From an uncultured Veillonellaceae bacterium (GTDB lineage Bacteria; Bacillota; Negativicutes; JARBTT01): 64,000 nucleotides of DNA. Below the pieces are notes generated by a model. The model did not search any database. It was not told where the DNA came from and saw nothing but the letters and a program-made list of their open reading frames with translations. Below are positions 9,087-18,138 of the stretch, in pieces. The position numbers were made by a program, and so were the translations under genes. The stretch is taken from NCBI GenBank assembly GCA_963805085.1, contig CAWDTA010000005.1, forward strand, positions 544,001-608,000, written 5' to 3'. Positions within the stretch are counted from its first letter, which is position 1, and each line of letters begins with the position of its first letter.

Positions 9087-10445
9087 ATGATTTTAAAAAC
9101 TAGGTTGTTTGGTACAACATATGGCTTTAAAGATGTAAAAGAGGTTCTTGCCAAAGCCAATGAAGAAAAATCAGGGGATATTTTGGCCGGCGTTGCGGCG
9201 CGTGATACTGTAGAGAGAGTAGCGGCTAAAGTTGTACTATCGGAATTGACGCTTGAAGATTTGCGCAATCATCCAGTAGTTCCTTATGAAGAAGATGATG
9301 TGACAAGAGCAAATCAAGATGGGATAGATAAAAAATCTTTTCAAAAAATTAAAGCGATGACCGTAGGTGGTTTTAGAGAATTTATATTAAAATCTAGTGG
9401 AAGTGAAATCAAAGGAATTAGAGAGGGATTAACATCCGAAATGATTGCCAGTGTTACGAAACTAATGAGTAATATGGATTTGGTGTATGCAGCTAAAAAA
9501 ATACACAATCTAGCCACTTGTAATACTACCATTGGCGAAATAGGTACATTGTCAGCAAGATTGCAACCTAACCATGCCACCGACGATTTAGCGGGGATTA
9601 TGGCATCTACGATGGAAGGAATCAGTTATGGGATAGGTGATGCGGTCATTGGATTAAATCCTGCAGTTGACAGCATTGATAGTATATCTGCCATTTTAAA
9701 CGGTTTTAAAAATTTTATGGTCAAATGGGATATTCCAACACAAAATTGTGTATTGGCGCATGTTACAAGCCAGATGGCAGCTTTACAAAAGGATGTTCCT
9801 ATGGACTTAATGTTTCAAAGTTTAGCTGGCTCGCAAGTAGGCAATATCGCGTTTGGTATCACAGTTAAGCTCATGGATGAAGCCTATGCATTAATGAAGG
9901 AAAAAAAGAGTTCTACTGGACCTAATTTTATGTATTTTGAAACAGGTCAAGGATCAGAACTATCTTCTGATGGTCATCATGGTGCAGATCAATTAACTAT
10001 GGAAGCAAGATGCTATGGTTTAGCGAAACGCTATCATCCGTTCTTGGTCAATACAGTGGTTGGCTTCATTGGTCCAGAGTATTTATATGATGGTCGGCAA
10101 ATGATCAGAGCAGGACTGGAAGATCATTTTATGGGCAAATTAACTGGTTTACCTATGGGGGTAGATGTGTGTTATACCAATCATATGAAAGCCGATCAAA
10201 ATGATTTAGAAAATTTAGCACTACTTCTTAATTCAGCGGATTGTACCTATGTAATGGGGATTCCTGGTGGCGATGATGTGATGTTGATGTATCAGACAAC
10301 CAGTTATCATGATGTTGCTGCGATGCGAGAAATTAGTGAAAAAAAACCAATAAAAGAGTTTAATAAAAGAATGGAAGAATTGGAAATTTTGCAAGACGGC
10401 AAACTGACAAACAGAGCTGGCGATCCTTCCATTTTTACAATTTAG
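9087..10445 (+). CDS. eutB: Ethanolamine ammonia-lyase large subunit
   Basis: RLQPNH, MYFETGQGS, NTVVGFIGPEY, GLEDHFMGKL, CYTNH. Confidence 0.97.
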   Translation: MILKTRLFGTTYGFKDVKEVLAKANEEKSGDILAGVAARDTVERVAAKVVLSELTLEDLRNHPVVPYEEDDVTRANQDGIDKKSFQKIKAMTVGGFREFILKSSGSEIKGIREGLTSEMIASVTKLMSNMDLVYAAKKIHNLATCNTTIGEIGTLSARLQPNHATDDLAGIMASTMEGISYGIGDAVIGLNPAVDSIDSISAILNGFKNFMVKWDIPTQNCVLAHVTSQMAALQKDVPMDLMFQSLAGSQVGNIAFGITVKLMDEAYALMKEKKSSTGPNFMYFETGQGSELSSDGHHGADQLTMEARCYGLAKRYHPFLVNTVVGFIGPEYLYDGRQMIRAGLEDHFMGKLTGLPMGVDVCYTNHMKADQNDLENLALLLNSADCTYVMGIPGGDDVMLMYQTTSYHDVAAMREISEKKPIKEFNKRMEELEILQDGKLTNRAGDPSIFTI

Positions 10446-10458
10446 GAGTGAGCATAGT

Positions 10459-11226
10459 ATGGACGAAATCATAAGAGACATTTCGGAAATTGATTATACA
10501 GCGAGAATAACTATTGACAATCCTATGGATAAAGAAAGCTGTATTAGGCTAAAAAAGACGACCAATGCAAGAATTTGCGTAGGTAGAGCAGGAGAGAGGT
10601 TCAAAACAGAAACTTTGTTGAAATTTAGAGCGGATCATGCAATCGCTATGGATGCTGTTTGGTCTTATGTAGATGAAAGTATGATTGATCAGCTTGGCTT
10701 TTTTAAGGTGCAGACTTTAGTTGAAGATAAAGAAGAATATATCAGAAGACCAGATTTAGGAAGGGGATTTTCTAAGGAAACCATAGGCCGTATTAAAGAA
10801 AGCTGTATCCATCATCCAGATGTGCAAATCATTGCTGCGGATGGTCTCAGTTCTTGCGCGATCAATGCCAATTTGCCTGATATTTATCCAATGATGGTAG
10901 AGGGATTGCTTACTAAAGGATATACGATAGGGACGCCGATTTTTGTTAAATACAGCAGGGTTGCAACTATGGATAAAATAAGTGAAGCCTTAGATGCAAA
11001 AGTGACCATTATATTGATTGGTGAAAGACCTGGATTGGCAACTGGTGAAAGTATGAGTTCTTATATGGCATACGAATCTAGCACGACAAAGCCAGAATCA
11101 CAAAGAACTGTTGTATCCAATATTCATAAAAATGGGATACCAGCGGTTGAAGCTGGCGCGCAGATTGTAAATTTAGTTGAAGTGCTGATGAGAGAGAAAA
11201 AAAGTGGGGTGGAATTAAAAATATAA
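10459..11226 (+). CDS. eutC: Ethanolamine ammonia-lyase small subunit (short N-terminus)
   Basis: YIRRPDLGR, ADGLSS, LIGERPGL, SNIH. Confidence 0.95.
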   Translation: MDEIIRDISEIDYTARITIDNPMDKESCIRLKKTTNARICVGRAGERFKTETLLKFRADHAIAMDAVWSYVDESMIDQLGFFKVQTLVEDKEEYIRRPDLGRGFSKETIGRIKESCIHHPDVQIIAADGLSSCAINANLPDIYPMMVEGLLTKGYTIGTPIFVKYSRVATMDKISEALDAKVTIILIGERPGLATGESMSSYMAYESSTTKPESQRTVVSNIHKNGIPAVEAGAQIVNLVEVLMREKKSGVELKI

Positions 11227-11256
11227 TTTTAAATTCCGGCAAGAGGAGGTCAAAAC

Positions 11257-12285
11257 ATGGATTTTTCACAGAAAGTAAATCAAGTAATTGATGATATGGC
11301 GAAACCGCGTAATAGTTTAGGTTTATTGGAAAAATATATAAAAAAAGTTTTTTGGGGTTGGGAAAGTTTTTATCAGGAAATAAAACCTTTTCATCTTATT
11401 TTTGCAGCAGACAATGGAGTCGCAAAGGAAGCCGTTGTAAAACAATCACAAGAAATTACGTATTTACAGGCAAAAAATATGATAAATGGGCATGCAACGA
11501 TTAGTTGCTTTTGTGCAATTAACCAAATACCTTATAAAGTCATTGATGTAGGTGTGAATCATACGGATGCGGTAGGTATTGATTATAAAGCGGGAATGGG
11601 CACTCAGAATTTTTTGCATGCAGAGGCAATGCATCAACAAGAATTTTTAAAGGCTTTTAAAGCCGGAAAAGATATGGTGGCGCAAGCAAAAACAGAAGGT
11701 TATAATCTGATTTCTTTTGGTGAAATGGGGATCGGTAATACGACTACTTCTGCCGCTGTTTTGCATGCATTGACGGATATTTGCCCAGAGTTCATTGTAG
11801 GCTACGGTGCGAATCAACAAAATCCAGAAGTGATAAAACGCAAACGTGAGGTCGTTCGTGCCGGAGTGGAATTGCATCGTTCAAAGATGCATAGCGTTGA
11901 AGAAATTTTACGATGCGTAGGCGGTTTTGATATCGTGGCAATTTATGCGGGAATGTTAGAATGCGCGAGACAAAAGATTCCTTTTGTCATTGATGGGTTT
12001 ATTACAGCTGTAGCCTATGCTTGCGCTGTACGTATGGATGCTACAATAGAAGGTTATGCCATTCCATCTCATATATCGAGAGAACCAGGGATGGAGTATG
12101 CCTTAGCTTTAGGAAATATAGAAGCTAAGGATGTTCCTATTCGTGCGGACATGGCTTTGGGCGAAGGAACAGGAGCAATCTTTATGGTTGTCATGCTCAG
12201 AACGATGATGTATGCAGTTCAAAATGTAAGTAAAATGTCAGACTTTGATCAAAGAATAGCAGCCGGAAATTTAGAGACTTTATAA
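11257..12285 (+). CDS. cobT: Nicotinate-nucleotide:lower-base phosphoribosyltransferase
   Basis: KPRNSLGLLE, FAADNG, GEMGIGNTT, DGFI, MALGEGTGA. Confidence 0.92.
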   Translation: MDFSQKVNQVIDDMAKPRNSLGLLEKYIKKVFWGWESFYQEIKPFHLIFAADNGVAKEAVVKQSQEITYLQAKNMINGHATISCFCAINQIPYKVIDVGVNHTDAVGIDYKAGMGTQNFLHAEAMHQQEFLKAFKAGKDMVAQAKTEGYNLISFGEMGIGNTTTSAAVLHALTDICPEFIVGYGANQQNPEVIKRKREVVRAGVELHRSKMHSVEEILRCVGGFDIVAIYAGMLECARQKIPFVIDGFITAVAYACAVRMDATIEGYAIPSHISREPGMEYALALGNIEAKDVPIRADMALGEGTGAIFMVVMLRTMMYAVQNVSKMSDFDQRIAAGNLETL

Positions 12286-12306
12286 AAAAATCATAGGTGA
12301 ATTTAG

Positions 12307-13086
12307 ATGAAATTATTATTACTGATGATTCAGTTTTTTACGCGGATACCCATTTCTATTCGAATGGAGGTGGAGGTTAACGAAAAAATATTTGGCAAGG
12401 CAATTATATGTTTACCGATTGTTGGACTCATCATCGGGAGCATAAATGTTGCTTTTTATAGCAGCTTATTGTTCTTTTTTTCAAGCCCCATTGCTGGCGT
12501 TCTAGTTGTTCTTGGTAATGCTTGTCTAACAGGTGCGTTTCATGTAGATGGACTTGCGGATACTTGTGATGGTATTTTTTCTGGCCGTAATAGAGAACGT
12601 GTTTTAGAAATCATGAAGGATAGTTGTATCGGCACCAATGGTGCATGCGCGATCGCTTTTGATTTTATGATTAGGGCAGCTTGCTTAGCTACTCTTAGTG
12701 AAAGTCATGTTATGCTTGCCATCATCGTAGCACCAATTATTTCACGTACGATGATAACGATCTTGATGCGTTCAACGTATGCAAGAGTAAATAAAGGCTT
12801 GGGGAGCCTTTTTATCGATAATGTAACGAAGAAAAATGTTTTGCTGACATTCTTGATTGGTAGTTTACTGGTGATGTCAGGTATGTTTTTTGCCGCTAAT
12901 GATAAAGGACTTTTACTAGGAATGATGCTAATGGTATTTAATCTAGTTATCATTTTTGGTTATAAAAAAATGATACTAACGGAAATTGGTGGGATGACTG
13001 GTGATACGTTAGGCGCAGGAAATGAAATTTGCGAAGTAGCAGTAGTATTGATGTTTGTAAGTCTGGAAAAGTTGGCGGTTTTATGA
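12307..13086 (+). CDS. cobS: Adenosylcobinamide-GDP ribazoletransferase (cobalamin synthase)
   Basis: QFFTRIP, TGAFHVDGLADTCDG, IMKDS, GGMTGDTLGA. Confidence 0.95.
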   Translation: MKLLLLMIQFFTRIPISIRMEVEVNEKIFGKAIICLPIVGLIIGSINVAFYSSLLFFFSSPIAGVLVVLGNACLTGAFHVDGLADTCDGIFSGRNRERVLEIMKDSCIGTNGACAIAFDFMIRAACLATLSESHVMLAIIVAPIISRTMITILMRSTYARVNKGLGSLFIDNVTKKNVLLTFLIGSLLVMSGMFFAANDKGLLLGMMLMVFNLVIIFGYKKMILTEIGGMTGDTLGAGNEICEVAVVLMFVSLEKLAVL

Positions 13087-13634
13087 CTACGATTTATATG
13101 GTAAGACATGGGGAAACAGACTTAAACAAACAAAAAGTTTATTTCGGTTGGAGCGATGTCGCATTGAATGCGGATGGCGTAGGGCAATGTCAGGAACTGA
13201 AGAAAAAGCTAGACGGGATTCACTTTGATGCAGTGGTTACAAGTCCGTTGAAAAGGACACTGCTTTCAGCTGAGATTATTCATGGGATGTTAGATGATCT
13301 TGTTATCTGTGAAGAATTAAAAGAGTTAAATTTTGGTGAATGGGAAGGCCTTCATTATACAGAAATTGAAAGAAATTATAAGGATCAATGGGAGCTGTGG
13401 AGTGCAGATTGGGTTAATTTTTGTATTCCCAAGGGAGAAAGTTTTGTTTTGTTATATCAGCGAGTGGAATCTTGCTTTTTAAAATTATTAGATAGATATC
13501 GTAATCAAGCTATTTTGATTGTTGGCCACGCTGGGGTGTTGAAAATTATTAGTTTGATAATACTGAATTTACCACTTGCAGAGTATTGGAATAGTTCTTT
13601 TGATTTTGGGACTTATACAGTTTTTGAAGTTTAA
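13083..13634 (+). CDS. cobC: Alpha-ribazole phosphatase (histidine phosphatase)
   Basis: RHGET, ELNFGEWEG, GES, H(AG); ATG overlaps cobS stop. Confidence 0.85.
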   Translation: MTTIYMVRHGETDLNKQKVYFGWSDVALNADGVGQCQELKKKLDGIHFDAVVTSPLKRTLLSAEIIHGMLDDLVICEELKELNFGEWEGLHYTEIERNYKDQWELWSADWVNFCIPKGESFVLLYQRVESCFLKLLDRYRNQAILIVGHAGVLKIISLIILNLPLAEYWNSSFDFGTYTVFEV

Positions 13635-13703
13635 TATAAGGGGATAGCCGTTTAAAAATATTGTGATTTTGTAGTATAAAAATGCGATTATTGACGAAAA
13701 TTG

Positions 13704-13732
13704 TTGACATTGCGCTGTTTCAGGACTATCAT
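13704..13732 (+). promoter_or_regulatory. Sigma-A promoter for cidA/lrgB
   Basis: TTGACA-17 nt-TATCAT. Confidence 0.6.
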
Positions 13733-13773
13733 ATTTACATTGTTGCAATCATTTTAAAAGAGGTGTATCTATT

Positions 13774-14157
13774 ATAAATATATTACTGCAAATAGGCGTT
13801 GTATTTTTACTTGTAACTGCTTCTGATTTTATATCTCATAGCATAGTATTCCCGCTACCTGTAAGTATCGTTGGAATTCTTATTTTGCTTGGATTGCTGT
13901 TAACAAAGATTATAAAAATAAAACACATTGAGGAGATAGCAAATTTCTTCTTGAAAAATATGGGGTTTTTCTTTGTTGCGGCAGGTGTTTCTATCTTAGG
14001 AAAGTATCAATTGATTGCAAATATTTTAGTTCAATTTGCCTTGATTGTCCTCGTTACAACTTTGCTAACCTTTGCTGTCACAGGATTGTCGGTAAAGTAT
14101 GCAATTGTTTTGCAAAATAAATTAAGAAAGAATGATAAAAATGACAGAAATATTTGA
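13774..14157 (+). CDS. CidA/LrgA family holin-like protein (non-ATG start, ATA 13774 or ATT 13771)
   Basis: Frame stays open upstream of ORF 13885 and encodes NILLQIGVVFLL...PLPVSIVGILILL; FFFVAAGV motif; SD AGAGGTG at 13759-13765. Confidence 0.75.
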   Translation: MNILLQIGVVFLLVTASDFISHSIVFPLPVSIVGILILLGLLLTKIIKIKHIEEIANFFLKNMGFFFVAAGVSILGKYQLIANILVQFALIVLVTTLLTFAVTGLSVKYAIVLQNKLRKNDKNDRNI

Positions 14158-14818
14158 TAATCCGATTACGATGATTGCTTTATGTATTTTAGCGTATCAA
14201 ATGGGTTTGTTTATTCATCGTAAAAGTAAAATTCAGGTATTGAATCCACTTTTTATTGCGATTACTTTAATTATTGTGGTTTTACAGACATTTCATATTT
14301 CTTTAGAAACATTTAATAAGGGCGGTTCTATTATCAATATGTTACTATGCCCAGCGACAATTATGCTGGCGATTCCGATGTACAATCAGCGGGCGACAAT
14401 CAGGAAAAATATTGTGCCAATTGCGGTAGGTACTATTGTAGGGTCGATTGTGAGCATGTCAAGTATTTATGGGCTTTGTAAATTGGCGGGTATTAGTGAT
14501 CAAATCGCGATGTCAATGCTGCCAAAGTCCACAACGACGCCAATCGCTATTGAGATTTCCAATACGCTGGGCGGAATTCCAGCGTTAACAGTCGCGGCGG
14601 TGATTATGACGGGGATTTTAGGAAGTATCTTGATTCCGTCGTTGATTAAAATTCTCCGTATCGATAATAGTGTGGCTGCGGGGATCGCAATTGGGACGGC
14701 GACTCATGCATTAGGCAGTGCCAAGGCTGTTGAAATTGGTGAAACGGAAGCGGCTTTATCGGGGATTGCTGTTGGGGTCGCGGGAATGGTTTCGGTTGTG
14801 CTGGTAATGTTTATTTAA
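14141..14818 (+). CDS. lrgB: LrgB/CidB family protein
   Basis: LNPL, LLCPATIMLAIPMY, PKSTTTPIA, GTATHALG; alternative start 14132. Confidence 0.9.
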   Translation: MTEIFDNPITMIALCILAYQMGLFIHRKSKIQVLNPLFIAITLIIVVLQTFHISLETFNKGGSIINMLLCPATIMLAIPMYNQRATIRKNIVPIAVGTIVGSIVSMSSIYGLCKLAGISDQIAMSMLPKSTTTPIAIEISNTLGGIPALTVAAVIMTGILGSILIPSLIKILRIDNSVAAGIAIGTATHALGSAKAVEIGETEAALSGIAVGVAGMVSVVLVMFI

Positions 14819-14836
14819 TTTTTATGTCTAAACTCC

Positions 14837-14876
14837 AAAATGGGCTACTTGCATTTTTGCAAGTAGCCCATTTTTT
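14837..14876. terminator. Bidirectional terminator between convergent genes
   Basis: AAAATGGGCTACTTGCA...TGCAAGTAGCCCATTTT. Confidence 0.9.
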
Positions 14877-16212
14877 ATGATGCGATATTTTCTTCGGATG
14901 GTAATTTTGTTACTAGTATTTTATCGACACGAACGCGATCCATATCGACGATTTCGAACTTGAAACCATTCCAGATGAAGTTTTCTGCTGCAACGGGAAT
15001 GTAGTCGAGATATGAGGTGATGAAGCCGCCCATGGTTTGATAATGGTCGCGATCTTCATCTGGTAGTTCATCTAGGTCAAAATGATCTTTGAAATCATCA
15101 ATTGGTAAGAGTCCATCGACGAGCCAAGAATTGTCATCACGCTTAATAATTTGTAATGGTTCAGGGTCTTCGCTGAGTGAAATATCACCCAAGACTTCAG
15201 AAACAATATCTTTCATTGTGATAAACCCGATAACACCACCAAATTCATCAAGGACGATTGCTTGGTGATTACCGGATTCTTGGAAGTTTTCGAGTACTTT
15301 GAAGGATGGCATAGATTTAGGAATGAACATGGGGGTATGGATGCATTTTTCTAAATCGATAGGTTCACCGGTAAGCGCCATTTTTAATAGGTCTTTGGTA
15401 TAAAGAATTCCCACGAATTCATCTAAACTGTCTTTTGCTACAGGAAAGATGGTGTCAGGATTTTCATTGATTATGGCTAAGTTTTCTTCTAATGACTCTT
15501 CTAAATCTAGCCAGACCATTTGTGTCCGCGGGGTCATTAAGGCATAGGCTTTTTGATCGCTTAACCGGAAAATTTTATCGACCATGTCTTGCTCGGTTTT
15601 TTCAAATGTACCTTCTTCCGTACCTTGTTCAATTAATGTACGAACTTCATCTTCGGTAACGGTAGTTTCCTTGTTGGGATTAATACCGATAAACAACAGT
15701 GTAAAGTTTGTAGAAAATGATAGAAAAGAAACGAAGGGCTGGGTTAATTTTTCTAAGAAATTGAGTGATATTGCCAATTTACTCAAAATAGATTCTGGTT
15801 CGTTAATCGCAATTTTTTTCGGTACTAGTTCACCGATGACTAAGGTTAAATAAGTGATACTGATCACGATGATTAACAAGGCTACCATATCCGCATAGGT
15901 TGCAAAGTATGGTACTTTCTTTAAATAGAAGCCTAAGACCGGTGCGAGTTTTTCTCCAGCCAACGTTCCAATTAAGATGCCCATAAGTGTAATGCCAATT
16001 TGCATAGCGGATAGTACACGGGTTGGTTCATCAACAATGTCTAAGGCGAACCTTGCTCCAGTATCTCCTGTATCGGCCAATTTTTCCAATTTGTTTTTCC
16101 GTGATTCAGTGACCGACATTTCAGTCAAGACGAAAAGCCCGTTTGCGATAATGAGTAGGAATATAATAGCAATCTCTAGACTCACTGACGGGGTGTCCAA
16201 TGTAAGCCCCAC
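14875..16212 (-). CDS. Hemolysin-like CNNM (DUF21)-CBS-CorC transporter family protein
   Basis: ANGLFVLTEMS, QIGIT, IGELVPKKIA, MTPR, LDEFGG, YQTMGG; start could be TTG 16200. Confidence 0.9.
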   Translation of the reverse strand: MGLTLDTPSVSLEIAIIFLLIIANGLFVLTEMSVTESRKNKLEKLADTGDTGARFALDIVDEPTRVLSAMQIGITLMGILIGTLAGEKLAPVLGFYLKKVPYFATYADMVALLIIVISITYLTLVIGELVPKKIAINEPESILSKLAISLNFLEKLTQPFVSFLSFSTNFTLLFIGINPNKETTVTEDEVRTLIEQGTEEGTFEKTEQDMVDKIFRLSDQKAYALMTPRTQMVWLDLEESLEENLAIINENPDTIFPVAKDSLDEFVGILYTKDLLKMALTGEPIDLEKCIHTPMFIPKSMPSFKVLENFQESGNHQAIVLDEFGGVIGFITMKDIVSEVLGDISLSEDPEPLQIIKRDDNSWLVDGLLPIDDFKDHFDLDELPDEDRDHYQTMGGFITSYLDYIPVAAENFIWNGFKFEIVDMDRVRVDKILVTKLPSEENIAS

Positions 16213-16401
16213 ACTCCTTTTATATAATTTAGTAAATTTTGAAAGATTATACTTACATTATATCACAGTTTGAAATGATACTAAAAAGCTCAATTTAGAG
16301 GGAAAACGAGCAAATAAGTCTCATTTTGGGTAAATACATGAATATACTAGATGTAGCGTATTGCGAGATTGGGGCGCTATGGCTAGTGATGATTGTTGGC
16401 G

Positions 16402-17622
16402 TTATTGCCAAATTCCTGTGTGGGGATTATAGTTGCAATTGTTTGGTGCAGCATACCAATCTCTGTTTTTATCATTGTTTTGCACTAGGGGACGACAGTC
16501 GCCACAAGCGTAGCGATATTCGCAGTCTTTACATTTTTTTATTGTGTCTTTGGTCGTATACCAACAGGTTAATAATTGCTGACTATTTAAAATTTCTTCG
16601 AGTGGTGTAGTGGAAATGTTGCCATAATGAATATTGCGTGCAAAAATGCAGGGTAAGACATCTCCTGCATCAGTGATAGCAATTTTACCAGCTAAGCAAG
16701 GATGGAAATATTTAGCATGATAAAATTCTAGCTCATTAGTAAAAAAAGGTGGTTTAATGGTTGGTTTTTGATAATGGCTAGGTAGTAATGATGCGTCGTC
16801 ACCACGTCCAGTTGGACGAATGACATCGGGTGGTGTAACCTCGACACCAAGGCTTTTACAAAGTTCCATGATATTTTCTGCTTCATCTTCGTTTTGCTTC
16901 ATAATAATAGAAGCAATGCGGAGGGGAATTTTTTTTGCGAGAATTTTTTTTATGGCACACATTGTTTTTTCGAAACTGCCATTATGCTGTGTGATGGTAT
17001 CATGCAGAGCCGCACTAGATGCGTAAATGGTTGTTGCGATATGGAGATGATGCTCTATGAAAAATTTGATCATTTCATCATCAATACAAGTTGCGTTGGT
17101 AAATAGTTCAATCAAATCAAAGTTTTCTTCTTCGGCTTTTAAGACAATATCACGCCAGTTTGGGTAGAGAAGTGGTTCACCGCCGATGAGCTGAAGCGCG
17201 CTGCAGCCTGCTTTGCGAAGCTCAGTGACAATTGTAAGCCAACGTGAAAGAGGGATTATTTCGTCTTGTGTCGGTTCGTTGGTGCTGCTGGTATAACAAT
17301 GTAAGCAGCGATTATTGCAACGAGAGGTGATTTCAAGCCAAGCAAATTCGAGAATTGGTTTTGGTGGGGATAATGTATTTATCTGAGCTGGTGCTGGGGT
17401 AAAATAGAGACTACCTAGGCTCTTTCTTGTTAGTTCATCACAAAAATTTTTTATTGCAATTGTTTCTTCATTCGTTAATGTGGCATCGTTCTCCTGGATT
17501 GTATTGATTAAATTTAAAGCACTTTTGTTGATCGAATATACTTTGCCGTCTTTTAAATTATAAATGGCACTACGAATTGCACCGGTGACGATTTTGCAAT
17601 GTTCATGAAGTTTGTAATACAA
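16402..17622 (-). CDS. Radical SAM/SPASM-domain protein with N-terminal extension (putative peptide maturase)
   Basis: CNNRCLHC, GGEP, SPASM CLAG..G.VLPC...CKDCEYRYACGDC...C; TTG start after SD AAGGAGGT. Confidence 0.88.
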   Translation of the reverse strand: MYYKLHEHCKIVTGAIRSAIYNLKDGKVYSINKSALNLINTIQENDATLTNEETIAIKNFCDELTRKSLGSLYFTPAPAQINTLSPPKPILEFAWLEITSRCNNRCLHCYTSSTNEPTQDEIIPLSRWLTIVTELRKAGCSALQLIGGEPLLYPNWRDIVLKAEEENFDLIELFTNATCIDDEMIKFFIEHHLHIATTIYASSAALHDTITQHNGSFEKTMCAIKKILAKKIPLRIASIIMKQNEDEAENIMELCKSLGVEVTPPDVIRPTGRGDDASLLPSHYQKPTIKPPFFTNELEFYHAKYFHPCLAGKIAITDAGDVLPCIFARNIHYGNISTTPLEEILNSQQLLTCWYTTKDTIKKCKDCEYRYACGDCRPLVQNNDKNRDWYAAPNNCNYNPHTGIWQ

Positions 17623-17789
17623 AAGATTACCTCCTTGTATGAGAAATCAAGATAGAGGGTATAATAGTAAATATTCTATGCTGCCAAAGTATGAAAAGTG
17701 CTACATTCAAAGAGAAAAGTACGACTAGAATTTGTTTATATTTCAGTATGCGTGATTTTTTATAAAAAATAGAATTTTTTTGCGAATTG

Positions 17790-17818
17790 TTGACAAAGTA
17801 TAAAAACTAGGATATAAT
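17790..17818 (+). promoter_or_regulatory. Sigma-A promoter for tRNA-Gly
   Basis: TTGACA-17 nt-TATAAT. Confidence 0.8.
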
Positions 17819-17839
17819 TACTAATGTTTTAAAGGCCAT

Positions 17840-17914
17840 GCGGAAATAGCTCAGCGGTAGAGCATCGCCTTGCCAAGGCGGGGGTCGCGAGTTCGAATCT
17901 CGTTTTCCGCTCCA
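17840..17914 (+). tRNA. tRNA-Gly (GCC)
   Basis: GCGGAAA/TTTCCGC stem, TCGCC-TTGCCAA-GGCGG anticodon arm, TTCGAAT, CCA. Confidence 0.97.
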
Positions 17915-17924
17915 CTAAAAATTT

Positions 17925-17952
17925 AACCTAGCAAATTTTGCTAGGTTTTTTT
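17925..17952 (+). terminator. tRNA-Gly terminator
   Basis: AACCTAGCAA...TTGCTAGGTT plus T tract. Confidence 0.88.
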
Positions 17953-18138
17953 GTGCATTTTACCGATTTTGTGTATAATAGATAAGTAAGCAGAATACTT
18001 GTTTTTAAATGATAATTATGGTATTATGCATTGTATGGCGTATTAGACTTTTGGTTAAATTTAGGTAATTGAGATAAGTTTAATGGTAAGCCACAAAATT
18101 TAAATTTATTGTATGAAAAACAGGAGGTCACAGTATAA

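Noticed and set aside
16284-16411. Minus-strand micro-ORF downstream of the radical SAM gene (..MYLPKMRLICSFSL) as a precursor peptide
   Set aside because: No properly spaced SD and no precursor-like composition
16402-17622. Radical SAM protein as the missing AhbC/AhbD partner of ahbAB
   Set aside because: Its long N-terminal extension and C-terminus do not resemble AhbC/D as I recall them, and it lies 9 kb away on the opposite strand
17678-17765. Plus-strand micro-ORFs upstream of the radical SAM gene
   Set aside because: No SD, opposite strand, and they lie in a divergent promoter region
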